From IMG/VR virus record IMGVR_UViG_2734482777_000019: a stretch of DNA of 40,224 nucleotides, one strand, 5' to 3'. The DNA comes from a virus (lineage: Duplodnaviria > Heunggongvirae > Uroviricota > Caudoviricetes). The stretch's first letter is position 1. Every line of letters begins with the position of its first letter. Made by a program: the position numbers and the translations under genes. Shown piece after piece: positions 10,807 to 21,911 of the stretch. The notes beneath the pieces are model-generated. The model was not told where the DNA came from and did not search any database. It saw only the letters and a program-made list of their open reading frames with translations.

Positions 10807-11499
10807 TTAAAACAACGAGCCAAGCAGACCAAGACCGCCGCCGATCGCAGCCCCCCACGGAGTTGATGAACCAATTAATTTCGCAAGTCCGGCCCCAGCA
10901 ATAGCACCAGACGCACCTCCGCCAATAGCAGATTGCATTGCTGATGGTCTGTTGGCATTTGCCGCTGCAAGAGCCGCACTTTGCTGCGAAATCTGACTCA
11001 TATTGTTGGCATATGTTTGCCCGGCGTTTGCCTGACCTTGCAGTGCGCCAAGACCAATATTTGCCAGATTCTGGTAGTTGTTCATCTGACCAGATAGCCA
11101 TTGCTGACCAAGCGTTGGAGCGATTGTTGCTAACTGATTACCGGTTGCAGTGGAACCCAATCCACCTGTTGCTTCCGCTGCCGCCAGACTCTGATAGCGA
11201 GCCTGACCAGCAAGATCTTTGTACTGCTGAGAGTTGTAATACTGGTTAAGTGCCTGACCTTGCCCTTCCAGAGACGATAAGTTCTCGAGGCTGCCGACAT
11301 ACTTATCAGCCAGAGGAGTAAACGGCTTCAGGTTGTTCATGATGGTGTTGAACTGCTGATTTTGCAGGTCTGCGGCATACTTCTGGGCTTCTGCGGCATA
11401 CTTTGCGCTTTTATCAGAACTGCCACCTTTCCCGCCTTTTTCATGGCAATAAGGTTCCTCGCCGCGCAGTTTTCTGCCCAGCTTAAATGCATATAACAT
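10807..11499 (-). CDS. Ejection protein, P22 gp7-like
   Basis: 230 aa; N-terminus MLYAFKLGRKLRGEEP...KGGKGGSSDKSAKYAAEAQKYAADLQNQQFN and Gly-rich C-terminus match P22 gp7. Confidence 0.9.
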   Translation of the reverse strand: MLYAFKLGRKLRGEEPYCHEKGGKGGSSDKSAKYAAEAQKYAADLQNQQFNTIMNNLKPFTPLADKYVGSLENLSSLEGQGQALNQYYNSQQYKDLAGQARYQSLAAAEATGGLGSTATGNQLATIAPTLGQQWLSGQMNNYQNLANIGLGALQGQANAGQTYANNMSQISQQSAALAAANANRPSAMQSAIGGGASGAIAGAGLAKLIGSSTPWGAAIGGGLGLLGSLF

Positions 11500-11501
11500 G
11501 G

Positions 11502-11957
11502 CTATCTCCCGTGATTCAGGAAGTCGATTAGTTCTTCGCGTGTGGCGCTGTAAAAAGTCACGTCATCAACGCCTTTGAAGTATTTCTTGATGGTTCCGAC
11601 ACGCTTAAGGCCAATCATTGCGCAGTACATCTGACCGTGGCGGAATTTGCGTGCGGCGAACGATGTGACGCACTGAACGGTGGTGTTAGTCAGAATGTAT
11701 CGCCAGAACGCCAGCCCAATTTCCTTGCTGAATCCACGAACCTCTGGCAGGTACATGGCGTGGCAATCGAATGTCTGCGGCTGAATCTCCTGATAGTAAA
11801 CAATGCCGCCAAACTGACCGTGCACGTTCACCTCAAAGTAACGGCATTCAGGTTTGTAGTCGTATCCATCACCGTTGTTGCTCCCGGCGATGATGTCAGG
11901 GTGATTTCCTACTGCTTCGATCAGGTCGATGTTTCGCGTTGGTTTGAATGTAATCAT
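11502..11957 (-). CDS. Putative P22 gp14-like virion protein
   Basis: 151-aa ORF in the syntenic position between tail needle and gp7; assignment by position and size only. Confidence 0.65.
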   Translation of the reverse strand: MITFKPTRNIDLIEAVGNHPDIIAGSNNGDGYDYKPECRYFEVNVHGQFGGIVYYQEIQPQTFDCHAMYLPEVRGFSKEIGLAFWRYILTNTTVQCVTSFAARKFRHGQMYCAMIGLKRVGTIKKYFKGVDDVTFYSATREELIDFLNHGR

Positions 11958-12658
11958 CAGTCAATCAGCCCATGTAATCTAAGTGCTGTTTCAAGCGCCA
12001 GAGTACGCTGCCGCGCCTGCTGCAAACCTGTAGCGAGAGCTGCGACTTCGGATTGTGTGTACGTAGTGCCGACCGTGTATGACTGGTTAGCGTTGAATGA
12101 GCCAAGAAGTGGCGTACCTGTGGCTGCAGTCCATCCGGTATTTCTTGCTCCAACAACCTGAATTCCATCAACTGAATATGATGTTTTTACATCCAGCGGT
12201 GACGCAAGAGACTGCAATTCGGTTACGGTTTTCGATACGTAATCACTCTTAATGCCAGAGACATCGTTTTCTACGTCATCCAGTCTTTGGTCAACAGTGA
12301 CCAGATGCGCCTGAATATCGATAACCTCATCCAGCAAGTAATCAACATCGCTACGCAGTACGACTATCTTCCCTTCGGCAGTTGTTAACCTGACCTCAAG
12401 GAGATTTATCGCTTTTGTGTTTGCGGTGATTCTTGCGTCGTGATCAGCCAGTTCGACATCCTGTTCATCGTTTTTCACCTGAGCATCGTAAGCGCCCTGA
12501 CCAGCCTGATTTGCCTTCCCGGCAATTGCGCCGACATCAGCCCCCTGATTAATGACATACAGCAGGTAAGACTGGCTGAATATATTGCGTGGAAGGATTG
12601 ATGTGTCGAGCCGTGTAGCCTGAATGATTACCGGCTCATTGAGATTCGAATCCGCCAT
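11957..12658 (-). CDS. Tail needle protein (P22 gp26-like trimeric coiled-coil plug)
   Basis: 233 aa; N-terminus [73 protein letters not shown] and C-terminus ...RLHGLID match P22 gp26. Confidence 0.9.
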   Translation of the reverse strand: MADSNLNEPVIIQATRLDTSILPRNIFSQSYLLYVINQGADVGAIAGKANQAGQGAYDAQVKNDEQDVELADHDARITANTKAINLLEVRLTTAEGKIVVLRSDVDYLLDEVIDIQAHLVTVDQRLDDVENDVSGIKSDYVSKTVTELQSLASPLDVKTSYSVDGIQVVGARNTGWTAATGTPLLGSFNANQSYTVGTTYTQSEVAALATGLQQARQRTLALETALRLHGLID

Positions 12659-14076
12659 TACTCAATCCTTATCTGGCAGCCAGACAGAGTGACAGGTGAC
12701 TTCGTGATAACGCGCAATTTGAAGCCAACATTTTTCCTGATGCGCCCGACTCGCTTCCACAAAACGCGTTTGTCGTAAACGAACGGTTCATTCTGCTCAA
12801 TCATCTGCTCACGCCCGTAATTGATGCCGTCAGTGGTTGCAGAGAGGAACAGGCGGTCGGCGTACTGCGCAACACCAGTTGAAGATTCAACCTCAAGGTC
12901 GAACACTCTTGCGTTATCCGCTTTGAACAGCGGAGTAAACAGCAGATGTTCCTGTTGCTTGTCGTACTGGCTGCTGATATCGAATTGCAATTTCCCGGTA
13001 ACAGATTCCAGCTTATCGCCACACGTTATCTGATTGCCTTCGTAAATGAAGTCGATAGCGCGGTACACATCGTCATACAAGCCAGTTTTCAACACACACC
13101 ATTGCGGACCATTGGCGCTTGAAGATGCGTCGTACACGAGGACGTGGCGCGGAAGGTGGATAATCAGCAACTCATGAGCATCAAACCGCAGCGATTCCAT
13201 CACACCATCAGCCAGTTCATCAGCAGTGTAGGAGCGGAGAATTTTCTCAATGCTCGCGCTGGCGATTGGTGACACCTGACCGGAGCCGATGATATATACA
13301 GACGGCGCACCTGTTGCCGGATTGCTGATGAAAGCATAGGAATCAGCGAATGGCGTTTTGCAGTAAGTCCCGGCGATACCTTTTTGCACCATCAGTGATG
13401 GCTGTGCGACATACAAAGCAGCACCAACGGTGGTTGCGCCAGTCAGGGAGAAATATTCAATCGTCGATGAACCAAAGCAGACGATGAAGTCTCGCCATGT
13501 TCCGATGCCGATGATGCCGTCAGGCTGCGATTCTGCGCGATATTGTGCGCTGTATCGGTCAGGATGTGATTCGTCTTCAAGGTCAGTGATAAACCATGAA
13601 TCAGTACCGTCTTTTGACCACGCATAACGCCCACGTAAGCGCGTAATGTCGCGAACTGAACCTAACTCATACTGCGTGAATCCGCTGTCCGTAGGCCAGT
13701 TTGAGACGGTTTTAACCGTGCCATCATAGCGATACTCGACCAGTTGACCATTAACGCCTACCGCCTGTGATGTCCGACCATGCGCCATTGATACGCGACC
13801 ACTTCCGGCAACATCACCGACCTCGCTTTCGCCCTTATACAACTTGCCACCGCAAACGCGATAAACAGCATTCTGCGCCATGTTGTACTCGACACCGCGC
13901 GATACACCATTCACATCAGAACGTTTGGCAATGCCCGGGAATGAGCGAAGATATCCGCTGCTGTTGAGTATTTCTTTGGGTGTAGCCAACATATTCGCTG
14001 GCAGATAGTCGATATAGTCGGCGTTTCTGAAATCTTTGCCGACACCTTTCATAAGCGGAAGTTGCTGAATAGGCAT
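12658..14076 (-). CDS. Tail hub / head-completion protein (P22 gp10-like)
   Basis: 472 aa, same length as P22 gp10, syntenic between gp4 and gp26. Confidence 0.85.
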   Translation of the reverse strand: MPIQQLPLMKGVGKDFRNADYIDYLPANMLATPKEILNSSGYLRSFPGIAKRSDVNGVSRGVEYNMAQNAVYRVCGGKLYKGESEVGDVAGSGRVSMAHGRTSQAVGVNGQLVEYRYDGTVKTVSNWPTDSGFTQYELGSVRDITRLRGRYAWSKDGTDSWFITDLEDESHPDRYSAQYRAESQPDGIIGIGTWRDFIVCFGSSTIEYFSLTGATTVGAALYVAQPSLMVQKGIAGTYCKTPFADSYAFISNPATGAPSVYIIGSGQVSPIASASIEKILRSYTADELADGVMESLRFDAHELLIIHLPRHVLVYDASSSANGPQWCVLKTGLYDDVYRAIDFIYEGNQITCGDKLESVTGKLQFDISSQYDKQQEHLLFTPLFKADNARVFDLEVESSTGVAQYADRLFLSATTDGINYGREQMIEQNEPFVYDKRVLWKRVGRIRKNVGFKLRVITKSPVTLSGCQIRIE

Positions 14077-14085
14077 TTATTCACC

Positions 14086-14547
14086 TCACGTACTCGGATC
14101 ATCTTTCTCGATGTAAAACCGATTCCACGTAAACGCGCTTTTTAACCCCGCCCCGCGAGGCATGTCATTTCGTCGCTCAAGTGGTGGTATTTTGGTTAAA
14201 GCGATACAGATTGTCTGATATGCACTGTCAGCAGCGGTAAGGAGAGCGTCTGACGGCTGAATGACGTTATCCATGCACACTTGCACAGCGAGTTTCAAAG
14301 CGACGCCATCATTTGCCCATGCAGGGATACCTGAATCATCGTCAGGTAACGGCATGATGCCGTTTTCTGTATCAGCAAACTGATATCCAAGCTCGATACC
14401 TTTTGCCTGCCATGCTGCCATCATGTCTTCGAGGTCATTAATGGCATCTTCAATTGCCTGAGGGTCAGCATCTGTCAACGTAGCATTGGAATACAGCCCG
14501 GCTTTTCGTAAAGCCTTAAGAACGAGATCACCCTTCGTTTTCGCCAT
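14086..14547 (-). CDS. Tail adaptor / head-completion protein (P22 gp4-like)
   Basis: 153-aa ORF immediately downstream of the coat region, syntenic with P22 gene 4. Confidence 0.8.
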   Translation of the reverse strand: MAKTKGDLVLKALRKAGLYSNATLTDADPQAIEDAINDLEDMMAAWQAKGIELGYQFADTENGIMPLPDDDSGIPAWANDGVALKLAVQVCMDNVIQPSDALLTAADSAYQTICIALTKIPPLERRNDMPRGAGLKSAFTWNRFYIEKDDPST

Positions 14548-14716
14548 CTTCTTCCGCCTTAGCCACTTTTTGCTTCGTTGCGGTTTCTTCAGGAGTTTTT
14601 ACCCAGCCTTTTTTCAGGTGAGATTTAACTTCTTCGTCATCAACAATGATGTAATCGACAGCAAACTGACCACAGGTGATCATGTTGCCCGGCTTATAGA
14701 GCATTGTTCGTGCCAT
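14528..14716 (-). CDS. Small hypothetical protein between coat and gp4
   Basis: Track ORF 14528..14752 trimmed to the internal Met (MARTMLYKPGN...) preceded by a GGAGAAG Shine-Dalgarno; P22-like phages carry a small ORF here. Confidence 0.5.
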   Translation of the reverse strand: MARTMLYKPGNMITCGQFAVDYIIVDDEEVKSHLKKGWVKTPEETATKQKVAKAEEDGENEG

Positions 14717-14757
14717 TGTCTTCTCCCAATAAAAATGGGGCCGAAGCCCCACCTAAA

Positions 14758-16011
14758 TTACTGCCCGGCAATAACGATGCCCGTATATTCAGGAACCAGT
14801 ACAGAGCAACCGTACAGAGTGGTGAAACGCGCAGTGGTTACGCCTTTGATGTGGTCGAAGGCGTAAGACATGATCAGCGTAGCGCCCTGCTCGGTGGTTG
14901 CTGTCATTACCTGTGGACCCTGACCAGTCGGGAACGCCAGTTTGCCGTACATCAGTTCAACAGAACCATCAGCCCAGAACAGGTTAGCCGGTGCGGAATT
15001 TTTGTTGAGAATGGTGATTGCTGCGCTACTTGCCGCATTAGCATCAACGTTTGCATATGGACGGCTGGCGACATCCGCGTTGTCAGGCGGCAGAATTTTC
15101 GGGGAGATAGTTACTGTCGTTCCGCTTACTGCCAGAACGCGGAATACCTGCGGCTGCCCGGTGGTATCTTTGGTGATCTGGTGTACAGAATTCACCCCTG
15201 CAATGGTAAACGCATCGCCAACCTGCAAACCTTCAGTAGATACCGTAATGGTCCCCTGTCGGTTATCAACTGGCATATCGTTAGCATCTTTCGCTTCAAC
15301 TTTGTGCGCAGGTGCTGCTGCCAGCGTAATGGAAGTTGCTGTCCCTTTCGGAACACGACCAGAAATATCGGTCTTGTAGCTATCGAAGGACGCAACCGGA
15401 GGGATTTGCGCTTTTTCGTATGCTGTCAGGGTTGCGCCCTGAGCATAGGCACGGTGACCAAGCTCGCCAGCAAGGTCTTTGTAGTTGAAGGGGTTCCAGA
15501 AAGAGCGACGGTTGATACCCTGAGGTACACCAATCGCCGTCATGGTGGCATCAATACCTGCCGCACAGTTCCACAAATCACGGCCCTGTGAACCTGTGGT
15601 TGAGTCAGCCATCGTGATCACGTTAGTAGCACGCTGCGTGACCATGGAAATCAGGTCAGAGTCAATCTGTGCAGCAAGGCGCATACCTGCAGCGCGACCA
15701 GCTTCAGTTTTATGTTCCGGGTCACGCATTTCACGCGCATCCAGAGTGTACAGAATGTTTTTCGGCTCCTTGAACACAGAAGGAACAAGGCGCTGAACCA
15801 GTGCTGTTGGTGTTTTGCTGCTGAGGTCGAGGCCTTCCTCAATGTTCATGTGGTAATGCTGCGGACGATACAGAACATCACCTGCTCTCTGCATTGCTGT
15901 ATCACCGGGACGGAATTTTTTAGCGTTACGGGAAACTACGCAGGCGGCCTCAAAGCCTTCAACGTAGTTTTCGAACATGATTTCAAGGTCTTTTGCTAAT
16001 TGGTTAGCCAT
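14758..16011 (-). CDS. Major capsid (coat) protein, P22 gp5-like
   Basis: 417 aa, follows scaffold gene; size and position as in P22/Sf6 coat. Confidence 0.9.
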   Translation of the reverse strand: MANQLAKDLEIMFENYVEGFEAACVVSRNAKKFRPGDTAMQRAGDVLYRPQHYHMNIEEGLDLSSKTPTALVQRLVPSVFKEPKNILYTLDAREMRDPEHKTEAGRAAGMRLAAQIDSDLISMVTQRATNVITMADSTTGSQGRDLWNCAAGIDATMTAIGVPQGINRRSFWNPFNYKDLAGELGHRAYAQGATLTAYEKAQIPPVASFDSYKTDISGRVPKGTATSITLAAAPAHKVEAKDANDMPVDNRQGTITVSTEGLQVGDAFTIAGVNSVHQITKDTTGQPQVFRVLAVSGTTVTISPKILPPDNADVASRPYANVDANAASSAAITILNKNSAPANLFWADGSVELMYGKLAFPTGQGPQVMTATTEQGATLIMSYAFDHIKGVTTARFTTLYGCSVLVPEYTGIVIAGQ

Positions 16012-16029
16012 GATTAATGCTCCGATAGG

Positions 16030-16923
16030 TTATTTTTTTGCCTTTTTAGCGGCGAAATACGGCGTCCAGTCACCAGTTTCCAGCGCCTTGGCTTTCAATT
16101 TGTCGATGTTGTTGATTACTGCGCCGTTGCTCCCCTTAACTGTCGGGGTTGTGGCTGCCGTGGTTTTTGCTTTTGGCATGATTCTGGCCTTCGATTCGAT
16201 ACGTTCCAGCAGACGACCAATTGCTACGGGGTTGGTAGCTTCTGCCAGTTGCTTGCGCAGTTCAGCGTTGCGACCGAGTGCCAGAACAACGATTTCCGGC
16301 TTCTCTGACTCAAACAGGATCGCGTTTTGTGTCTCGATGGGGATTTCCTCGAGTACGGCCTGCTCAGCTTCCTGATAGCCAGGAACTTTGAGAGCCTTAA
16401 CACGTTGCTGATATTTGGATAATCGCTCTTGATAGGCAGCCTGAAGCTCCTGCTCCTTCTGCTTGCGAGCCATCTCCTGTTGCTGGTACTTGCCGTTATC
16501 CTCTGCCCACTTAGCCATGCGTTGCTGGTAGATTTCTTCATCGAAACCGATGTCCTCATCGTCCAGTTTTGGCATTCGCGGTGGTTGAGTAATTACCGGC
16601 TGCTGCTCGACGGGTTTCTGAGACTGACGCATCAGCTCTTTCAGCTCGCGGTCTTTCTCTTTAATCGTCTTGCGCAGGTGTTTTACCAGTCCATGCTCTG
16701 CGCCATCTTCGCTGGTTGGCGAATCCAGCTTTTCGTCACCAAAGTAGAATTCCTGTTCTGATTCGTCGTCATCAGTTTCAGTAGCTTCCTCTGCATCATT
16801 GCCGGAGGACTCACTGCCATCTTCTGTTTCGACTTCTTCAGCCAGTTCGACATCATCAGGAATCTGCTCTGACGCGTCGGTTTCGATTTCAACTTCTGGT
16901 GTGTTTTCTGCCATCTGGTCCAT
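16030..16923 (-). CDS. Scaffolding protein (P22 gp8-like)
   Basis: 297 aa, highly acidic N-terminus and charged coiled-coil-like body, between portal and coat. Confidence 0.85.
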   Translation of the reverse strand: MDQMAENTPEVEIETDASEQIPDDVELAEEVETEDGSESSGNDAEEATETDDDESEQEFYFGDEKLDSPTSEDGAEHGLVKHLRKTIKEKDRELKELMRQSQKPVEQQPVITQPPRMPKLDDEDIGFDEEIYQQRMAKWAEDNGKYQQQEMARKQKEQELQAAYQERLSKYQQRVKALKVPGYQEAEQAVLEEIPIETQNAILFESEKPEIVVLALGRNAELRKQLAEATNPVAIGRLLERIESKARIMPKAKTTAATTPTVKGSNGAVINNIDKLKAKALETGDWTPYFAAKKAKK

Positions 16924-17013
16924 TTGTTACCCCTGTTTACTCGATGTTCAGCCCATCGGAAGGCAATAGGTTGCCAGGCCTCATAAAGACAGCCATTGCA
17001 CGTTATGGGTTAA

Positions 17014-19212
17014 TTACTGCTGTGGTTGTTTCTGAGTTGATTTTTGCAGGATGCTGCTGATGTCCATGCGCTGCGCATGGCCCTGTGCCTGACTTTTCAG
17101 GACAAGCTCTGCATCAGCACGGGCATTGTCTCCTTGCTGTTGCTGGAACTGTCCGAGCAGTTTCAGAGCCTCGCGGATATCAGATTTCTGCTGGCTATCA
17201 GCAGATGCGAGGATTTTCACAACGTTTGCCGCTGCAACCTGAGCATCAGTCTGTGCCTGGAATGCTTTAACCTGAATGGCTGCCTGCTCGTTCTGCGCTT
17301 TCTGCAATTCAGCCTGACCAGCAAGAAGCTGACCTTGCGCAGCAACCATAGCCGGATCTGGCTGACTGGCCTGTTGTTGTTTCGCCTGCTCAACCATCTG
17401 CTGTTCTTCTGGCGTTCTCGGCTTGATAACTCCAGACAGAAGCAACTGATTGCGGTTGTATTCTTTAAGGTCGTCCATCCCTTCGCCGTCCATATTGTCG
17501 AGGATCATCGACGATACAAGGTCGTGTTTCGGCGTTCCTGGCGGGATAAGTGCCAGCATGGAAAGTAACGACTTAACCGTTGCGTCACGGCGAGTAGCGA
17601 ACGACTGACCGACATCGACAGTCACTTCATAGTTACCCTGAGAAAAGTCGTTAAGCGCGATAACCTGCCCTGTCTGACGGTCAACCACTTCACCAGTCAT
17701 CAGCGCCACGTCATCGCTGCCGTCCTCATTAACGATACGCATCGGCGTATCACTACCATAGACCTCACGTGCCATAGAAAGCCACACGACGCCAGCGCGA
17801 CGCATGGATTTAGCCATGTTGTCCATGTAGATATAGGACTGCGTATCCATCCGGTTAAAAATGCTATCAACGGTATCGGTGGCGACGTTGCTCGGCATGT
17901 TCTCAAGCTGCGACGCACCTGTAATTTGCTGAATAGCAGTTCCGGTGTACTGCAATAGCCCGGCAAGAGCTGGAGGCATTTGTGTCGGAGGCGTATAACT
18001 GCTGACCTGAGCCTGCGCAGTAATATCTCCGTTTTTGTTTTTCAGACTGACCATCGGCAGGAACGCCGGGCGCTTTTTGTTGCGCTCCGCCCAATGAGTG
18101 GTGAGAGGACCAGGAATCATGTCAACATCAACTACAGGAATGCCATCACCGCCAGCCTGAGTAGCGTTATCTGCAATCATGGAAACCATCAGGTTCTCAA
18201 GACGCTGTGCATCCATCGCTTTTGCTGCGTGACCTTCGATTCGCTCCTGATTATCAACAAATGATCGACGCCCATATACCGGGATGAGAGGAATATGTTC
18301 GCCCGGAATACGCTTCGGTTCTTCCAGCCATTCAGCGCCAGACAGAAGACCGCAATAAACGCGGCGCTTCTTCACCGTTCGCTCGCCAATCAGTTCGAAT
18401 GCACCATCGGTCAGCTCGTCGACAATATCTTTGATTTGCTCTTCATCATAAATTGCCGTTTCTCCGCTAACAGGGTTGCGCCACGCCGTGAGCTTCACCT
18501 TCTCTATGCGAACTTCGTAGTAGCGTCCAACATAGATGGCATCGGGCGTTGACCAGTCATACTGAGTACCAGTGTCATCACGAGAAAGGCTTGCTGCGAT
18601 GGAATCAGGGTATTCAGCCTCGAACGCTTTGGGCGTCATGGAGAACATTTCCATAGCCCACATAGCATCAGAGCGGTCATATTGCTTGCTGTCCTGATCG
18701 AAGAAGACGCATGTCGCTGGGTCGTAAACAGGAAGAAGGCTGATGCGTCGCTGCTCGTTACTCGGATCCATTTCATCTTCGTAATCGGCACACATGCGGA
18801 AACAACCGAATCCGCCCGTTACAGCATCATCAAATGCGTTATCACACGCTTCGCCACCGGATGTTTCCTGATAGTCAGCGCGGAATTTGCCGTTCATCTT
18901 TTCGGCTAACGCTTCCGATGCCTTGTCATCCTTCGGCCTGAATTTAACGCTGATGCGATTCTGTCGATACTCGCCAATGATGCGATCACATTCACGGGCA
19001 ATCTTATTCAGTTCAAAGCGCGGGTAATGCTCAAACCTGCCTTCATCAAATGAGTAACCAGCGTTTGTGCTGCCTTCCCACTGTGCGCCGGACACACGTA
19101 CGAAACGTTGAGCCTCAATAATCTGCTCACGCATATCCTGCGTTGCTGACCAGGCATTATCAAAGTTGCACAGCACCTTGCGATGCCAGTCAGTCATCTT
19201 TTTTTCTGCCAT
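17014..19212 (-). CDS. Portal protein (P22 gp1-like)
   Basis: 732 aa (P22 portal is 725 aa), Gln-rich C-terminal barrel-like tail, directly downstream of TerL. Confidence 0.9.
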   Translation of the reverse strand: MAEKKMTDWHRKVLCNFDNAWSATQDMREQIIEAQRFVRVSGAQWEGSTNAGYSFDEGRFEHYPRFELNKIARECDRIIGEYRQNRISVKFRPKDDKASEALAEKMNGKFRADYQETSGGEACDNAFDDAVTGGFGCFRMCADYEDEMDPSNEQRRISLLPVYDPATCVFFDQDSKQYDRSDAMWAMEMFSMTPKAFEAEYPDSIAASLSRDDTGTQYDWSTPDAIYVGRYYEVRIEKVKLTAWRNPVSGETAIYDEEQIKDIVDELTDGAFELIGERTVKKRRVYCGLLSGAEWLEEPKRIPGEHIPLIPVYGRRSFVDNQERIEGHAAKAMDAQRLENLMVSMIADNATQAGGDGIPVVDVDMIPGPLTTHWAERNKKRPAFLPMVSLKNKNGDITAQAQVSSYTPPTQMPPALAGLLQYTGTAIQQITGASQLENMPSNVATDTVDSIFNRMDTQSYIYMDNMAKSMRRAGVVWLSMAREVYGSDTPMRIVNEDGSDDVALMTGEVVDRQTGQVIALNDFSQGNYEVTVDVGQSFATRRDATVKSLLSMLALIPPGTPKHDLVSSMILDNMDGEGMDDLKEYNRNQLLLSGVIKPRTPEEQQMVEQAKQQQASQPDPAMVAAQGQLLAGQAELQKAQNEQAAIQVKAFQAQTDAQVAAANVVKILASADSQQKSDIREALKLLGQFQQQQGDNARADAELVLKSQAQGHAQRMDISSILQKSTQKQPQQ

Positions 19213-19213
19213 A

Positions 19214-20692
19214 TCAACCTACACCACAAGGAATTGAGTAACTGGAATAGTCGGGTTGCGCAGCCGACTCCGGGCAATGCATACACATCATCAGCGCATC
19301 AGCCAGGTTAGGAGATGGAATACCGAGCTTTTGCTTCATCTCGACTTTGGTCATCAGCTCAAGCTTTCCGTTACCGTTGAATTTGCGTTGGATCTGCGTG
19401 AGCTCTGCGAATAGCTTGTTGAGGATATTCTCTCCAATAGCCTCTTTGTCAAAGCTAAGCATTTCATCAGGGTCGGCGTATTCGCCATGCTCTACCGCCC
19501 GGTATGTTCGATAAAGCCTGTCAGCCAGCGTGTAATAGAACTGCGCTCGCTTGTTTCGGAATACATCTCCAATAGTGCGGACGTTATCACCCTGCACAAC
19601 TTCATCAGTCCATGCCCCAGCCTGATATGGAGCATCTTCGTCGAATGGCGATTCACTACCTTTAAACATTGTTACGGTGACTTTCTTTCCACTGAAATAG
19701 TCTGTTATCTGTCGACGAAGCCCTGCTCCAAGTCCATCTCCATCAAACAGGAAATGATCAACATCATCGATTACCGCCAATGAAGATGCCCAATCAGCAC
19801 CCTCGTTTATATCCATGAGCAGCCCTTCACATACGCGCTTAACAACTGATCCATGTCGCACTGCATATCCTTTGGCATCTGGGCCGGTGTCTGACGGGTC
19901 ATGCGCTGCAATCACTGCACCTTTAGCTTTCCATCCGAGCTTAATGTGGGCGTCTGTTGCAGCCTCTAACCATGCAAACTTGATAATAGCCATTTCTGAT
20001 GCCCCCACCGGTTCACCAAGATACACATGCCGATAAAGCTCGTGATTAGCCTTCTTCATAATCTCCATATCCCTGCGGAGAGTTTCCGGGAACCATGGAT
20101 TAGCTGTGTAGTTGATCTGCTTGACGATGCAGTAGCGATTACCGTTTTCGTCATAGTCGGGGTATATGCGATTCGTAACAAAGCGCTGATGTGTATCGCT
20201 GAGTCTGTTCTTCGGGTTGTATGCAACCCATATTTCCGACTCAACTACTCGACCATACTCAGCGCTGTAGAACTCTTTACGTACCGTTGGGATAAGCGTT
20301 TCCCATGAGTCCTTTGATACGTTTTCTGCTTCCTCTACAAGGGCGGCATCGAAGTTTGCGTAACCTTTGATATTTTCCACGTTAAGGCGCAGAAAGTCGA
20401 AACTGATACGTCCGCCGCTATTGGCAAATATCTCTGTCTTATTGATGGTCACCAGTGAGTGGAGGTTTCGGCGGTTAATCTCTTCAACAATTTCCGCATA
20501 GCATGATTCCTTGATGGACTTCATGTACTCACGAAAACAGATAAGCTTCCATCCGTGATAGATGACGTTATTGAGGAGGATTGTTATGAACGTTCGCGTC
20601 TTGGCGGAACCTCGCCCGCCATAAGCTACCTTGAATCTGGCTGGCTGCAGGTATTCCTCAAACGCTTCAGGAATGCTGCATTGCTCTGTCAT
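19214..20692 (-). CDS. Terminase large subunit
   Basis: 492 aa with N-terminal Walker A-like GGRGSAKT motif; followed by portal. Confidence 0.9.
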   Translation of the reverse strand: MTEQCSIPEAFEEYLQPARFKVAYGGRGSAKTRTFITILLNNVIYHGWKLICFREYMKSIKESCYAEIVEEINRRNLHSLVTINKTEIFANSGGRISFDFLRLNVENIKGYANFDAALVEEAENVSKDSWETLIPTVRKEFYSAEYGRVVESEIWVAYNPKNRLSDTHQRFVTNRIYPDYDENGNRYCIVKQINYTANPWFPETLRRDMEIMKKANHELYRHVYLGEPVGASEMAIIKFAWLEAATDAHIKLGWKAKGAVIAAHDPSDTGPDAKGYAVRHGSVVKRVCEGLLMDINEGADWASSLAVIDDVDHFLFDGDGLGAGLRRQITDYFSGKKVTVTMFKGSESPFDEDAPYQAGAWTDEVVQGDNVRTIGDVFRNKRAQFYYTLADRLYRTYRAVEHGEYADPDEMLSFDKEAIGENILNKLFAELTQIQRKFNGNGKLELMTKVEMKQKLGIPSPNLADALMMCMHCPESAAQPDYSSYSIPCGVG

Positions 20693-21132
20693 TGCGTCTC
20701 GCTTTTTACAATGTTATACACTGGAGCTTTTGGAGTCATGGAGCCGTCATCAGATGTATGGTTGACGTCCTGCTTCTCTCGCCATTTATCTTTCTGTCTG
20801 TTCTTGAGCCAGAAGATGGCGGCAGTTGTATCAGGCGGGTAATACTTCTTAAGCGGAGTTTCGACAATTCTGTTTTCAATAACACGAATATCGATGTCTG
20901 GAGCCACGAAGCCCATAGCGCGTTGATAAAGACGGTCACTAACTTCTGCATCAGCAACGGCCTTACCCTTTTTTATGGACTCCGAAAACTTAGGATAATC
21001 AAGCTTCCACTTGTTAATAGTTGACTCACTGACTTCGAAGAAATCAGCAAGCTCTGCATCGGTGTAGCCCAGCAAGCACAGTTTGCGTGCCTGTTCGGCG
21101 TACGCCTCTTGATACTTTGTTGGGCGCGCCAT
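20689..21132 (-). CDS. Terminase small subunit (HTH-containing)
   Basis: 147-aa ORF overlapping the TerL start; N-terminal helix-turn-helix-like segment. Confidence 0.75.
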   Translation of the reverse strand: MARPTKYQEAYAEQARKLCLLGYTDAELADFFEVSESTINKWKLDYPKFSESIKKGKAVADAEVSDRLYQRAMGFVAPDIDIRVIENRIVETPLKKYYPPDTTAAIFWLKNRQKDKWREKQDVNHTSDDGSMTPKAPVYNIVKSETQ

Positions 21133-21134
21133 GT

Positions 21135-21377
21135 TTATGCTCCGGTAGTGAACAGGTCTAACGATTCCTTCGATTTACGCACCGCTTCGATAGTGCGAGA
21201 TGTGAAGTCTGGATTTGCACCGCCATCGTTGTAGTGCAACTTGAACAATTCCAGTTTCAGTTGGTCAGCACCAATGAATGCAAAAGCTTCCTCTGCCGCT
21301 GAATTGTTCTTAGATAGCAGTCGGTAAATTTCTAACTTGAATTTCTGTTCTTCAGTCATGGGAATAATCTCTGCCAT
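21135..21377 (-). CDS. Hypothetical protein upstream of terS
   Basis: 80-aa ORF tightly coupled (2-nt gap) to terS. Confidence 0.5.
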   Translation of the reverse strand: MAEIIPMTEEQKFKLEIYRLLSKNNSAAEEAFAFIGADQLKLELFKLHYNDGGANPDFTSRTIEAVRKSKESLDLFTTGA

Positions 21378-21672
21378 TGTTGGCTCCGTTTATCCGTTAA
21401 AAGGGATATCAGTTAAGTTATCCCGTGTAGGGTATAAGCCATTGTCGAGACCACTCATTGAATGGTCTCTGCAATAACCGATGTCTTTCCATCAGTCCGC
21501 CACCACAAAGAATCTTTTTTGCCATAAGGCAGGAGGTTCATCTTTCAGTGGCTGCCAGTGTTATTTCCCCACTTACTGGCTTGGGTTGTTTCGCTGTACT
21601 GCCGTAACTGGTTGCCCAGAATAAATTCCGGTTTCATTATCAAGCCCACCCGTAGATAGGCTTTGTAATGAC

Positions 21673-21861
21673 TTACCCCAGCTTTGCTCGCACCAGCGCA
21701 TCTTTAGCTTCGAGCAGCTTGCGGAGACCTGCTGACTTTTCAGCACTGTCCGGCAGTGATTCATCCATCAGTGTCGCAAGGTCACCGATTGGCTTACTTA
21801 TTTCCTGCAGATGCGCAGGGAGGTGTTGATAAGCGAAATACTTCATGATTGGAGATGACAT
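21673..21861 (-). CDS. Hypothetical small protein downstream of the lysis cassette
   Basis: 62-aa ORF with GAGG Shine-Dalgarno 7 nt upstream of the ATG. Confidence 0.5.
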   Translation of the reverse strand: MSSPIMKYFAYQHLPAHLQEISKPIGDLATLMDESLPDSAEKSAGLRKLLEAKDALVRAKLG

Positions 21862-21878
21862 TATTTACCCTCGGTTAG

Positions 21879-21903
21879 TAAAAAGCCTCGCTATTACGAG
21901 GCT
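21879..21903 (-). terminator. Intrinsic terminator after Rz
   Basis: Minus-strand hairpin agcctcg-taatag-cgaggct followed by a TTTTT run, immediately after the Rz stop. Confidence 0.5.
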
Positions 21904-21911
21904 ATGATTGT

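Noticed and set aside
14704-15591. 295-aa plus-strand ORF (and nested 14942..15379)
   Set aside because: Antisense to the coat gene, Cys/Arg-rich, no independent signals; typical shadow ORF.
17044-17568. 174-aa plus-strand ORF
   Set aside because: Antisense to the portal gene; Leu/Cys-rich low-complexity product.
21378-21672. Possible gene or pac-related element in the ~295-bp gap between the 62-aa and 80-aa ORFs
   Set aside because: Contains a short inverted repeat (gagacca...tggtctc) but no convincing ORF or recognisable motif; insufficient evidence to call a feature.
21573-21764. 63-aa minus-strand ORF
   Set aside because: Overlaps the 3' half of the better-supported 62-aa ORF in another frame and lacks a ribosome-binding site.
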